From contig NC_068987.1 in the NCBI RefSeq assembly GCF_001194135.2, forward strand, positions 27,777,809 through 27,841,808: a stretch of DNA of 64,000 nucleotides, in the 5' to 3' direction. The translations under genes and the position numbers were made by a program. Positions 11,701 through 25,114 of this stretch are shown piece after piece; position 1 is the stretch's first letter, and each line of letters starts with the position of its first letter. The notes beneath the pieces were generated by a model. That model was not told the DNA's origin, did not search any database, and saw only the letters and a list, made by a program, of their open reading frames with translations. The stretch comes from Octopus bimaculoides (lineage: Eukaryota).

Positions 11701-12399
11701 ATATTAGTCTATTTCTCTTTTATTGTTATATTCATTATTATCATTATGATTATAATTGTTATTATTATTATTGATGTTGTTGATGTAGTTATTGTTATTA
11801 TTATTATTCACTACAGACGAAGTAACTTTCCGAAAGAAAAATTACGTTTTGAAATAGTGTTTTTACCGAAGAAATATAGTATACAGATGACTTCCTAAAG
11901 TTTTGAATCTCCTCCTACAGGGGCTGACAAAAGAAAATTATTAAGTTTGTGCTTTTACTTTTGAACAAAGGAGTTTTCCTTCACGTCAGCGACAACAAAA
12001 ATGACTACGACTATTTCAGGATACGCCTACAAAATGAAAACTGAAAATACACGAAAATCATTTCACACACACAGAAAACAAACAAAGAATATTTAACATT
12101 AATGCAAAATATTAATAGTAACTACGAGTGGAAAACACAAACATTTTAACATAGAATTGAAATACACCGAGAAGAAATGTTATCATAAATATCAACAACA
12201 TCAGCCATTGTATATATGAGTATACCGCAGCAAATACAAATATGAAGAAATAAACGTCATCCTTCGTAAACTTTCTTTCAAACAAATTCCCCCTTGCTAT
12301 ATAAGATTTTGTAGAAATAACAAATCTTGGCATCATTGTGTATACATGACAGAGGCACGTGTAGGAAAGTAACCGACTTGCGTTTTCTCAAGGCCACAA

Positions 12400-13230
12400 A
12401 GACTTTTCTTGTTGCATCTAAGCAGAAATTTGTAGACGCCGGTGAGAGATAGTTCAATTACAATTTCATTCAACGGGAAAGGTATAACATTTGGTGCCTT
12501 GTTTTATTTTGAAATAGTAAATAGGGCAAGCTCACATTGTACGTGACACATAAACCCATTCCTAAATATTTGGGAGAAAGTAACGCAGATGTTACCGTCA
12601 GTGAATTGACAATTGTGATCCCGACCCCTTCTCAGTAATCATATTAGTGACACATTACAACTAAGACCACGAAATGACAGCAGAGATGTATCCGCCAGAA
12701 AGAATGAAGACATTAAAATTCAGTATCGAAGGTTGGTAGCTCAGCTGATAGACATGTGAGAACAAAACACATGTATAGGGTTTCTGCACAATGCAGTAAA
12801 TCTACAAGAAAAAATTTTACAGCAGCTTATGAAATCATGGAAGTTATTAAGTTTTAAGGAGGTACCATGCACAAACCATTAGACTGTAAATTAAATTTCC
12901 ACTTTTCTTAATGCAAGGTATAAACCACGTGACCCAAGAACCCTTTTTCCCAGATACAGAAGACGATTATAAAAGGAGTCCCCTCATGAACGACAGTTAG
13001 AATAAAATGACTATAAAGTACGCATAGAAAGAAATACCGCACAATCCGTTTATGAGAATTAGGAGAAGTGGGCTGGCGAACGGGATAAGATGACAGGCTT
13101 TAAAACAAACGACAAAATACCCACCTGAAAAAAAAGTAACTTATGGAAAACACGAAAAGGTGATGTATCCCTGAAAGATCGAGCAGAGGTAGTGAATGCT
13201 TACCATCTTCGTTATGTGTTACTGGCTGAC
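12400..13230 (+). mobile_element. Highly decayed L1/Tx1-like LINE remnant
   Basis: SLKDRAEVVNAY at about 13170-13205 resembles the Tx1 LSLKGRAxVxN motif. The upstream part is too degenerate to align by eye. Confidence 0.35.
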
Positions 13231-15545
13231 TTTTGTGCCTTTTCCTAGTTCACGTGTGCCCAAGTTCACGTTTGAGGACCAAATATCTCACCAACAACAT
13301 TTAGTCGTAAATTTACTGCCCAACAATATTTACTCGTAAAGAAAATTTGGGGTGAAAAGAGAAGTGCAGCCACCCAGAAACTGGCATCGATGTAATCGAA
13401 TAACCCGCTTCCCTCCAAATTTCGGAGTATTAAGAAACGGGCTTTTCATATATCTCAAACTTTATGGTTCCATTTGTTTTCAGATTGAAACAATGGAAAT
13501 AACTTGTAGACAGGATTATAATTATATAAATAGAGTCCATACGTATCATTTGCTTATTGTCTCCTTCCTGAAATACGATAAGTCATATACATCTATACCT
13601 GAAAGCAAAATGTTAATGGCCACATTTGTTTTCTATATATGATGCACATAATACGTCAATATAGTGACCTTTAGCTACAAATCACTACCAATTAACAATA
13701 ATTCTGTAACGACTAAATAAGATAATTATCTACTAATATTGTTTTCTCCATTTCCTTTTGATTATACTATTTTAACTAAGTTGGCTTGCATAACAATTGA
13801 AGATTGAACTCGAATATAATCCAGCGATTGATTTACTCATTTACTGCAATTCACGTTGTTTTTTAAGAAATGAATTATAAGCTTACTATCTATACACATA
13901 TCTATATAAATTATTCATCAATATCCGCTTATACATCTTATAAACTTTCAGCCTAGTGGAATAAAAGTCAGAGATATTGGTGCTCTTACTTACGCTTCAT
14001 ACTTAAACTTGTATACTTTGCATACGAGTGCCCCAATTAAATTTCCAGCTTTATATTGTTTTACATCAAATCAAGCGTACTGTAAATTTTTTTCATCTAC
14101 TGAAATAAAGTAAAACAGTTTCTGGATAAGTAGACTAACCTTAATTCTATCAATTCAGTAATCTCTCGCCGAAATTAAGATTGGCTATCACTTCGTAACT
14201 TGAAATAATATATTGTTTATTTATTTGTTATGTTGGATCAAAAAGATAAGTCAAATGCTGAGACCTGATTTAAAACAGAAAGGCTTGATTCTGCGTTGAT
14301 AGCTTAACATTAAAGACGGATTCATGGGAAGAATTGTACTTAGACATCTAGTTATAGTGCATATCAGTATCTGGCCGTTAACGAACTAAACTGCGCAATG
14401 ATTACATTAAATGAGTAAGTTACCAATGAATCTATCACATTACATACGATCTTAAATTAGAGATTTACTCTGAGTGTAAAGAAAAAAATTATTTCGTCAG
14501 ATTCCTTCCATATATATGGTTCAATTTATTATTTCTTCTAATCATTTCACATCGGCTGATTGCATGATTAATTTCTACAGCACTTACGTTTATTATTTAT
14601 TTGGTTTGATGATTTGTTTCTTAGCGAAGAAATAATAAAGACAGAGCAGAAACAAAAAGAAATATGATAGGAGGAGGAGAAGATGACTATAAAGCAAAAG
14701 TAAATTTGGAAAGGATAAAAAAATACATTAAATAAAGTGATAAGATTAGAGCTACAAAATGAAAGAGCTCTAGTCTAAAATGAGGGGTGAGTTGATAAGA
14801 AGTGAAGGGAAAACAAACGTGGAATATCAATAGCGAATAAACTTACTAGAAAAGATAATAAATAGAATGAAAACGAATTCACACTCGTAAAATGTTATCA
14901 CATCTACCGCAGCGGCTTATTCATTTTTTTTTTTCGTTTCTGTTTACTAAATTAAGTGATGCATGATATATATATTAGAGAGAAAGAAAGATAAAGTAAT
15001 AATTATGCATTATAGCCACAAAACTTTATGATCAGTATGTCTATCGATTTTACATAAATGATGTACGTAGATTTATGGTATACAGTACTACAGATTATAC
15101 CAATAGATTTTTAGTCAACATCGTTTGCATAGACAATTGTAAACACTGGTTTAATATACAACAATCTTTTAGGATAGAAAAAATAAGGTTCAGCTAGACT
15201 AGTTTCAGAAATGTTCTAGAAGATACTCAGCGACTGCGTACACTCTTGCACTCCTTGTGGATACATTATTCATACATCCACAATACCAAAAGGTTAAGTA
15301 TATGTAGTACATCAATATTTAGATTTTAATAGGGTACTCGCAGAGTCCAATAATTTCCATAGTGGGATAGCATCTAACAACACCAATTCCATTTTTTCTG
15401 TCTTTTCACAAAGTTATAAATAAATGCAGGGCATTTTCATTTACACGTTCATGCATTTTGGTTTAAAAACACTATTTATACATTATAACCGCCATATACA
15501 TTTTTTTATATATACATGTAGATATTTTATGTATGTACACACGCA

Positions 15546-15598
<53 letters not shown>

Positions 15599-15757
15599 NN
15601 NNNNNNNNNNNNNNNNNNNNNNNNNNNNNNNNNNNNNNNNNNNNNNNNNNNNNNNNNNNNNNNNNNNNNNNNNNNNNNNNNNNNNNNNNNNNNNNNNNNN
15701 NNNNNNNNNNNNNNNNNNNNNNNNNTATATATATGCATTCATTCATACATACATACA

Positions 15758-15790
<33 letters not shown>

Positions 15791-16509
15791 GCATACCTAC
15801 ATACATACATACATACATACATACATACATACATTTAAAATATGTTAAGTATTATTTTTAAGCCTTGCGCTGTACATATTTTTTACACTCTAAAAGAAAC
15901 ACTATTGGACATGTTTCACAGTTGTTGACCAGTCATCAAACGCAAGTACCACGCAGTGTGCCACCGAAGTGAACTTACAGCCAATCATTACTTTAATCCA
16001 TAACAAATTAGAACTTGTAATTGCAAGTCTGTTCTGTATATCATGTATTTTTCATCGGCGTAATTGTATAATTTATAATCATTTATACACACGTTAGCAT
16101 GTAAGAGGAACGTAAAGTATGTTTAAAGTAATTCTGATGCAGTCTTTAAGTTATCCGCTGTGGAAATTTAAACGGATTTCAGAACATCTTATTCTTGTCC
16201 TCAGAAAATATACCTGAATTATAATATGTACTAGATTTAATCAACTTTTCGTCGTAAGCAATCTTTTAGGGAGAAGAAAAAAGACGATGTCTTGTCTTTG
16301 AAATAATGGTCAAGAACCCGTGAACACTATGAAGACAAATCTATTTAGTTTTCTACGTACGAAAAGAAACCGAGATAAATGTACGTCTTAAAACAGTTTA
16401 GTTAATTTAAAATGCATCCTATATTTTCTAATACACGCTGTGTTTCGGGCATATATGTCTTAATTCTCACTGTCTCTCTCCGTCTCTGTCTGTCTGTATC
16501 TCTGACTTC

Positions 16510-16591
<82 letters not shown>

Positions 16592-16689
16592 ATATGTATA
16601 TTAATATATTCCACAGAAGCAGTATTAGATTAAAATACACATCCATACATACTTAATGTAGAAACTTTACAAGCAAAGAAATTTAGTGT

Positions 16690-17350
16690 AGAGTTCGTCC
16701 GGAGATGGCATTTCTTATGGACATGCTATGTTTAGCAACACAAATTATTTCAGAAGCTGAAGGAAATCGTCCAGGATTTTCAAATGAGAGTATTAGATGA
16801 GCATTTCTACTTCTGTGAGCTTTGTCGGTACCACGTACTCACTAACAATAGCAAGTCAAATCGAAATACGTCGTCACCGATGTAGGATAACAGGGACTGA
16901 ACAATTACTAATGTTGAAATTAGTTGCCTGTCTGAATAAAAATCCAATATATGCAACAGGAAATGTATTAGATTAATCCCGACAAAGCAAATTTCCTGTC
17001 GCAAGAGTCCGGAGAAAGTATCTCTCTGAACATGTATTTAAAAACAAAAAACTATTTCTGTAGCAGACGGATTCAGAAATACGCATCTGGCATTTTCACA
17101 TGCCACATAGATATGATTTTATCCATCAGTATGATAACATAGTGTAATTGTAGTTTCATGGTAGCAAGTGTTCATCCGCGGAAGATTTGATTAACGTGGC
17201 AACAGAAAGAAGATAATTAAGAAATTTAGTTACTTGGTGTATTATTAGAAATAGTGTAGCCGTTAAATCAATGTGCCTAAAGCTTAAATCGCATAATCAC
17301 ATACTAGACATTAGTTCACTAATGATTAAAAGTCACTTATTTCCAGGGAT
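16690..17350 (+). mobile_element. Possible hAT (Charlie/GTF2IRD2-type) transposase remnant
   Basis: EMAFLMDML and KLKEIVQDFQMRVLDEHFYF fragments resemble the LAFLxDxxxHLN region. Many stops. Confidence 0.3.
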
Positions 17351-20056
17351 ACCAAAGCATTCGTTATCTTTTTATATGATGTAAATATAAGCATAAAAAC
17401 TTTAAAACGAATAATTATATAGAATATTAATTTAAATACAACAATGAACACCACTTTGGAAAATGTAGTTCAAACTTATTATTAGTCGATGTAGTACTCT
17501 AATTATGACAACTAGTTAATAACTATTTTATTGTATCAATATACGATCTGTTGTGATTAGTTACCAAAAAGCCTTATCAACAGAAATGTGACCGAGAAAT
17601 GTCCGAAACTTTTAGTTGAAATAGACTGTTAAGCAATAAATGAACCTTTTTCCTGTGGAGTCAATCTCTTTTCATCAAAGAAACTTCTAGCTATTTTAAG
17701 CATTCCTAATCAACCGACTAATACATTTCCCATTTGCTGATTGACAGATAAATGAACACCCTTGATATTTTGAACGATATTCCGTAAAAATACCACATAG
17801 AAATTATAGCCTATGAAATATTGAGAAAAAATAGGCTTGGCTTATAGGCGTATCCAGCTACCTCTGGAACACGAGGATTGAATGTTATATGCTTGGTTAA
17901 AAATCTTTTGCGGTGATGAGCAAAATTAAATTTGTTCAACTGTAATGCATATGTATATATATGAGGTAGTAGAGGACAATAATTGCATCAAGCGTGCATG
18001 AATTTGACAATTACAAATGACACTGGCAGTATAATTCATCTGAGATAGAGGGCGGAATCTTATGGAAACTGGTCTACCAGATATCTTTGCAAAAGAATTC
18101 CGTGAAAATGAAGAACTTGTATGATTTTATAGCAGATATATAAGAATAGAATCGAGATAATATAATCAACAAAGTTATCGATCCTATACTTCGTAGATGC
18201 GATTCCATTCCGAGAAATTTCAGATACCAGGCCAAGTATCAAAATCAGATTATTTTATTCTTGTCGATCTTTAATGAAAATGTTTTTTTTCTTGTTTTCT
18301 CTTTTGAAAGATATGTTATAAAATATTCTAAATTACAGGGTTTTTTTTAAATTTGGTTATGAATACTTTTGCTATTTGCTATTATAATTGTTGGTTTGAA
18401 ACTTACATCATTTTAAAAGATGAAATAAAAAAGATAGTTTGGAAAACGATTATAAACTGAAATATTGTTTAATCCTCAATATAACTTGTCTTTAAATGGA
18501 GGGATGCCATTTATATGAGTCTAGTATACACGCGTACAGACATATATAATATATGTGTACATATGTGTATATATATGTGTGTGTGTGTATGTATGCGTAT
18601 ATGCGTTGTATGTGTATACTCACACGCATATACCCGCATACATATATACACGTAAATATAACTAAAGTGATCAAAGGATAAATATGTTCATATGTGCATT
18701 ATATAACAGATTGCATGCACGTATACACAAAACATCTTTATGTATGTGTATATTTATGTGAGTTCGATCTTGTACATACCTATTCACACTTATGTTGAAA
18801 AAATATTTTGTTTCAGGTGTATTCATATGTATGCGATTGTGTATGGTTGAGCGATTCTGTGTGTGTATATATGTATGTATATATGTGTATATGTATGTAT
18901 TATGTATGCATTATGTGTATGTATGTATTATATGTGTGTATGTATGTATGTATGTATGTATGTATGTATGTATGTGCATGTACTTGTATATTGTCTAATA
19001 AATGAGTGAAATTGAAAACAAAAGCAAAAAGGTCTTTAGATGATATATTTTTTCAAGTTTTTAATACATAAACTCTTTAATTCAAAATAGTATTGTCACG
19101 AATGAAAGTTTTTTCAAAAACATATAAATAAACTGCTCGAATTATCGATTTTATTTCTTATTTATTTATTTGCTTATTTATTTTTGTTAAATATGCCATG
19201 AAGATGAAAGGCAGTTACTTTCGTTTTTACTTAAAGATAACAGACACAATTCAGTAATATATGAACTATTAGTAAGTCTTCAACAAGTAGTATACAGATG
19301 ATGTGTTCAATGTTATATTTTCGAATTAGCGAGGCTTTGATGTTTTGTCTTCTGAAGAGAGTAATTCAATGTCTAACCTACAAGCAGTATCAAATTGTTA
19401 TCTATCACGTGTATAAGTAAGAGGCTATTACACAAGAACTGAATAGGCAGCATAACATCAATAATACGCAAGGTTTACTGAGGCAACTTGGCCGTTCAGC
19501 TAGGTTATTTCTAACTGCTTATACGTCTTCATCACCAAATAATTTTCAAATGCTAATGCAAAATGGATTTCTTCGCCGCACATATTTACAAACATTATTT
19601 CAGAATACAATACATATGTATTTAGGTTACACGCACACGTATATGAATGTGTATAGATATATACGTATGTGTGAGTATATGTATATATGTATGTGTATGT
19701 ACATGCATAGCATTAAGAGTTACTACACGCAGAAAACTGTGTAAAATCACTATATAACTAGTGGCATATCTAGAATGTGCTGTAGATTCTGTGGACTCAG
19801 ATCATACCGTTAAAATGTGAACAGGATTTTAGGCTTAGCACTATCTCACTGTACATTCACTCATAAAAAAAAAAAACGCAATACGAATTAATCTGTAAGA
19901 GGAGATTCTGGGATTATATTTTACATCCAGCTACATTTCTGAATTATATCCATGACTTTAAAATGCACAAACATGTTAACACCACACACACACTCACACA
20001 CGTGTATATGAATGTATGTTATACATACATACACACATATATATGTATATATATGC

Positions 20057-20104
<48 letters not shown>

Positions 20105-20107
<3 letters not shown>

Positions 20108-20256
20108 GGTTATGAGCGATAGTGGTGTGATTTAGACCCTGCCTAAACAATGGATTTACAAATACAATATCCCTACATTCACTCTCTATTTCCTATCTTA
20201 TCTAAACTAACCATCCTCTCTCACACCGTCTCCGATGAAGGGATATAATAAATATC
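20105..20256 (+). mobile_element. Penelope 3' end with the start of a hammerhead motif, cut by an N gap
   Basis: tct-CCGATGA-A-GGGATAT aataa ATATC then Ns. The same family has a complete motif at 59628-59681 on the minus strand. Confidence 0.5.
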
Positions 20257-20397
20257 NNNNNNNNNNNNNNNNNNNNNNNNNNNNNNNNNNNNNNNNNNNN
20301 NNNNNNNNNNNNNNNNNNNNNNNNNNNNNNNNNNNNNNNNNNNNNNNNNNNNNNNTTTTTTTATCTCATTAAGAAAAGTAAATCGTTATATATATAC

Positions 20398-20450
<53 letters not shown>

Positions 20451-20910
20451 AATATATATATCATCTTTTACTTGTTCCAGTCATTAGAGAGCGGTCATGC
20501 TGGGCCAACGCCTTGAAGAGACTAGTCGAACGAATATTGTTTGAAGTTTAGTAATTATTATATCGCTCTCACGAAGTTTTGAATGGAAAGAGGTTACTCT
20601 TTCATGCGATGTATTTTATCCAACCGTATACCGGTTTAACTCCATGTCGATTAATATACTTGGAATACATTAGTTTGTGTTAGTATTAGTGTAAACACTT
20701 ATGAAGTTACAGTACTTATTATAGACGTTTTCATTCATTCGATATAGGAGAACAGAATTTTCATAATATAATACATATGACATATATCCGATGGGCTTTT
20801 TTATTTTCCGTCTACCAAATACTCCCTAGACACAACATTCGTTTCAACACCATTTCACGTAAAAAAATCATTTAAACCAGATATAAAAACGATGTATATA
20901 TGCATATAGA

Positions 20911-21292
20911 CATATAATATTTGTAAACAAACCCGAAGGTTTGATAATTTACGGAGAAAGAGCGACTACGAAAGTCTTTTTTTATATACTAATAACTATA
21001 TAATAATATACCATAAGAATAATATATATACTCCGATTAACGCGATATTATCTAAACAATTGACTGAAAAATGATAAGTTTAGTCAAGCTAGAATCGAAG
21101 CCACATATCAACATTAAGATGGCTCCATGCATACCCGATTGAGAAAGACGTTTACCCATAAATTTCGGTCAAATTTTTTGTATAGATGCTTAACTGTCTT
21201 GTAATACATATAATATATGAAATCAAACCCGAAGGCTTGATACGTTGCCGAGAAAGGCCGACTACGAAAGTATTCTTTTATACAATAATAAC
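20911..21292. repeat. Diverged 86-bp direct repeat, 2 copies (20911-20996 and 21207-21292), period 296 bp
   Basis: catataatat..caaacccgaagg(t/c)ttgata..gagaaag..cgactacgaaagt..ttata..taataac is shared by both copies. Confidence 0.85.
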
Positions 21293-21576
21293 ATGGCTCA
21301 ATCGGATGTGTATGGAGCTGTGCGAGTGTGAATATGTGGGTTTGATTCTGGCTTCGGTAAGCTCATCATTTTTCTGCCAATTGTTTAGATAATGCCGCTT
21401 TAATTGGAGTATATATGTTACATTATTATACAGTAATAATTGTATACACACATCAATATGTATGTGTGTGCGTGTGTGTGAGTGCGTGCGTGTGCATGAA
21501 CAAGTATATGTATATATATATACACATATATATATTTGCATATATATGTATGTATATATATATCTATATCTATCTA

Positions 21577-21614
<38 letters not shown>

Positions 21615-22885
21615 NNNNNNNNNNNNNNNNNNNNNNNNNNNNNNNNNNNNNNNNNNNNNNNNNNNNNNNNNNNNNNNNNNNNNNNNNNNNNNNNNNNNNN
21701 NNNNNNNNNNNNNNNNNNNNNNNNNNNNNNNNNNNNNNNNNNNNNNNNNNNNNNNNNNNNNNNNNNNNNNNNNNNNNNNNNNNNNNNNNNNNNNNNNNNN
21801 NNNNNNNNNNNNNNNNNNNNNNNNNNNNNNNNNNNNNNNNNNNNNNNNNNNNNNNNNNNNNNNNNNNNNNNNNNNNNNNNNNNNNNNNNNNNNNNNNNNN
21901 NNNNNNNNNNNNNNNNNNNNNNNNNNNNNNNNNNNNNNNNNNNNNNNNNNNNNNNNNNNNNNNNNNNNNNNNNNNNNNNNNNNNNNNNNNNNNNNNNNNN
22001 NNNNNNNNNNNNNNNNNNNNNNNNNNNNNNNNNNNNNNNNNNNNNNNNNNNNNNNNNNNNNNNNNNNNNNNNNNNNNNNNNNNNNNNNNNNNNNNNNNGT
22101 GTAATACTCCCTATGTTTTTTTATTATGTGTGTGTGCGTGTGTGTATGTGTGTGTGTGTATGTGTATCATTATATATTCCCAAACTTTAAGAATTATTTT
22201 AATCTTATGTTTAACACAAATCCTTGGGAAGCTTTCCGAAAATCTTTTAGTTATGAAATAAAAAGCCTGAGAATTTTTTCTTTCAGTCGTCATTTTTTTC
22301 AAGCCTGCTAACAGATCCTGTAGGTTATACAGATCTACTGGAATTTTCTAGCATTACTTTCTAATGCATAAAGTTACTGGACACGCGGGAAAATGCACAA
22401 AGTGAATAAGTCACCATTACCAACACAGCAAATGTATGAAACGTAGAAAAAACAATAACGGAAATTAAAACAGTTTTGTTATTCAATATAGGAACTTTTG
22501 AATGTTTTCTCATAGCTACGTCTTCTTTTCCCTCTCCATGCGTCCTGTATTTTAGTGCGTATGTGTGAATTTGTGTGCGTTTGAGTGTGTGTGTGTGTGA
22601 GTGTGTGTGTGTGTGAGTGTGTGTGTAATGGTGGTGAATAAAAACTGAGCATGTTTACTAATTAACTGACGCAGATATTAAAATTTTTTCTTTACTAATT
22701 CAAAACTAAGTCATTATATTTTCTGAGGAAAATCTCAGTACGATTACTTTTTACGTTTTTCTTGTATTTACGTTTGTCAGTGGATGACCATGTTAAAAGC
22801 GTCACAGCAACATTCAGAAATCTGATAGATCGTAGCCTAGAGCCCAATACACTTATCTATGATCTGTTTGTGCAATAAAATGCAA

Positions 22886-22940
<55 letters not shown>

Positions 22941-24921
22941 AATGCATGAATAACACTCTTATACTTAAAATCGAATAGCATTCCTTTCACCTGAACCCAC
23001 AAGCACCCATGAGAAAATTAAACAGGAGCTTAAGATTATTACAAATTTTACGTAGATAAGAGAGTACACTCTTTGCTATACATATTCACCAAATTTTAAT
23101 TTTCCTCTGGGATAAACATATTTTATGTAATATATACGATAATACCCTGAAGTAAATTTAATCAAACCAAGGCAAGTTGTTAACGTAGAATTCTTGATGA
23201 ATTTAAACTTTTGAAGAAATTAAATGTGCGGAAGAATTGATAAATATTTACGGCAGAAAATATTGTAATAAATAACTGCCAACGCTCTTCTTTTACTGTT
23301 TATCATCCAAATTTCAATTGTCTTATCACCTAAATTCTATTCGGACTAAATCGAGACTCCCTTGTCATCATTCTTGTTAAATATCTGTATAGTATTATCA
23401 GTGTAATGCAAGGGAATTAATGTTGTTTTAGGATAGGTTGGCGATTAGACTAAAATAATGGCGCACAAGTTTAAATGCATTAAAGTATCCAGTTTCTTCT
23501 AAATATGATCTGAATTCAGATTTATCTTTCATATACCGGTTTAAGATTATTTATTAGCTTAGTTATATGCTGGTATTTACTAATCTCGCTGACATCTCCT
23601 ACGTAAAAGTTGGCATTGAAATTAATAACAAAGATATTAAACATTGTTGAAGTTTTGAAGCAGTGAGCACTGAAAACTATAAGATAGGCTACCAACATGA
23701 TGGTTATGCTCCTTCATGAAAACATTTTACGACACACGGCTGATTGTCTTAGAAGAAACAAAATTATTTCGCTTCTCAATAGCATTTTCCCATATCATAA
23801 AATAATCAGCATTGGGAGATATGATAAATATCTTAATAATTCAAAAAGTCATTCGCGTACCTGCAATCACACACACATAATACATACAAATACACACACA
23901 CATATAAGGTGGGAGTTGCGTTGATACTTATCTATTAATTTTTGGTACAATTGGATATGATGGACTTAACCATCAAACGAGTGCACAGTGTACAAGACGT
24001 CAGGTATCGAAGAGATCCCAGAGCAACGTGAGATGAAGTGTTTTGTTCAAGATCACAACACACCACTCGGTCTAGGAATTTAAAACAACGATTTCTTGGT
24101 CATGCATCCTCACACGGTTGGATGATATATATACTTTCGGCCAAGGAATCTACCTTTTCATGTGCTAAGTAAGCTTCAATACTGCAGACTTGCACTGATA
24201 TATGGTATTCTTTCGATAAGAGGAATGATTTCTCTCCTGCTCAAGTAGGCCGGTCTAGCTACATTTGTATACCAAGGCACATATTTACACTCAGATTTAC
24301 ACAGATGTACGCACATATTGCATCCATCTTCATTTAACTGTTCAGTACATGTTTACTACATGATGCATCTTTCGAAGGGTGGGCGAACTGTAATCATTCT
24401 TCCGTTGTACATCGATCTTAAATGTCAATAGTAATTTACACTGCGAAAGTTTACTCAAATGTTGCTCTAGATTGTGTTTTAAGTCACTTGCATCTTTTAC
24501 CCCTTTCTTATTTGTTCGTAAGTTTCGCTATCATATTGCTATATTGCATGATAACGGCAGTTTTTTTTCTTTTATTTTCCTTACTCATCATTTTATTATT
24601 GTGGTCGATGCTGTTATTAATGCAATTTTGCTAGTTTGATTTTGCAATAAAAGTAGATTTGGGGTATGATATTTATTACCGTTTCGAAAAAGTGGGCCAT
24701 GCAGACATAACTGTTCATAAATTTTCTATGGATTTATGTTACACATCCAAAATGAATTAAAGTGCCAGGCAGTCGATTGCAAATATATATGTCTGAAGAC
24801 CTATTTACAAAGTATACAAGCATAATGTAAGAAAAGGTATTCTTGTTAAAACACTACCAGTCCAACATCTGAACAACTTTGTAAATACAGTTCTATATTT
24901 AAGAGATAAGAAATTATGTAC

Positions 24922-25114
24922 TTTATTTACATTTGACGGATATTTGTCTTCATCTTGTTTGTTGTTAACACAACGTTTCGGCTGATACACCTCCAGCTTT
25001 CATCAGGTTCGAAATTTCTCCAAGGCACCTGATGAAGGCTGGAGGGTATATCAGCCGAAACGCTGTGTTAACAACAAACAAGATGAGGACAAATATCCGC
25101 CAAAATATAAATAA
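24922..25114. mobile_element. Palindromic Penelope-derived element with about 87-bp arms and a hammerhead core on each strand
   Basis: Arms 24922-25008 and 25027-25114 are inverted copies around an 18-nt loop. Each carries CTGATGA..(g)gctg/cagcc..GAAAC. Confidence 0.85.
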
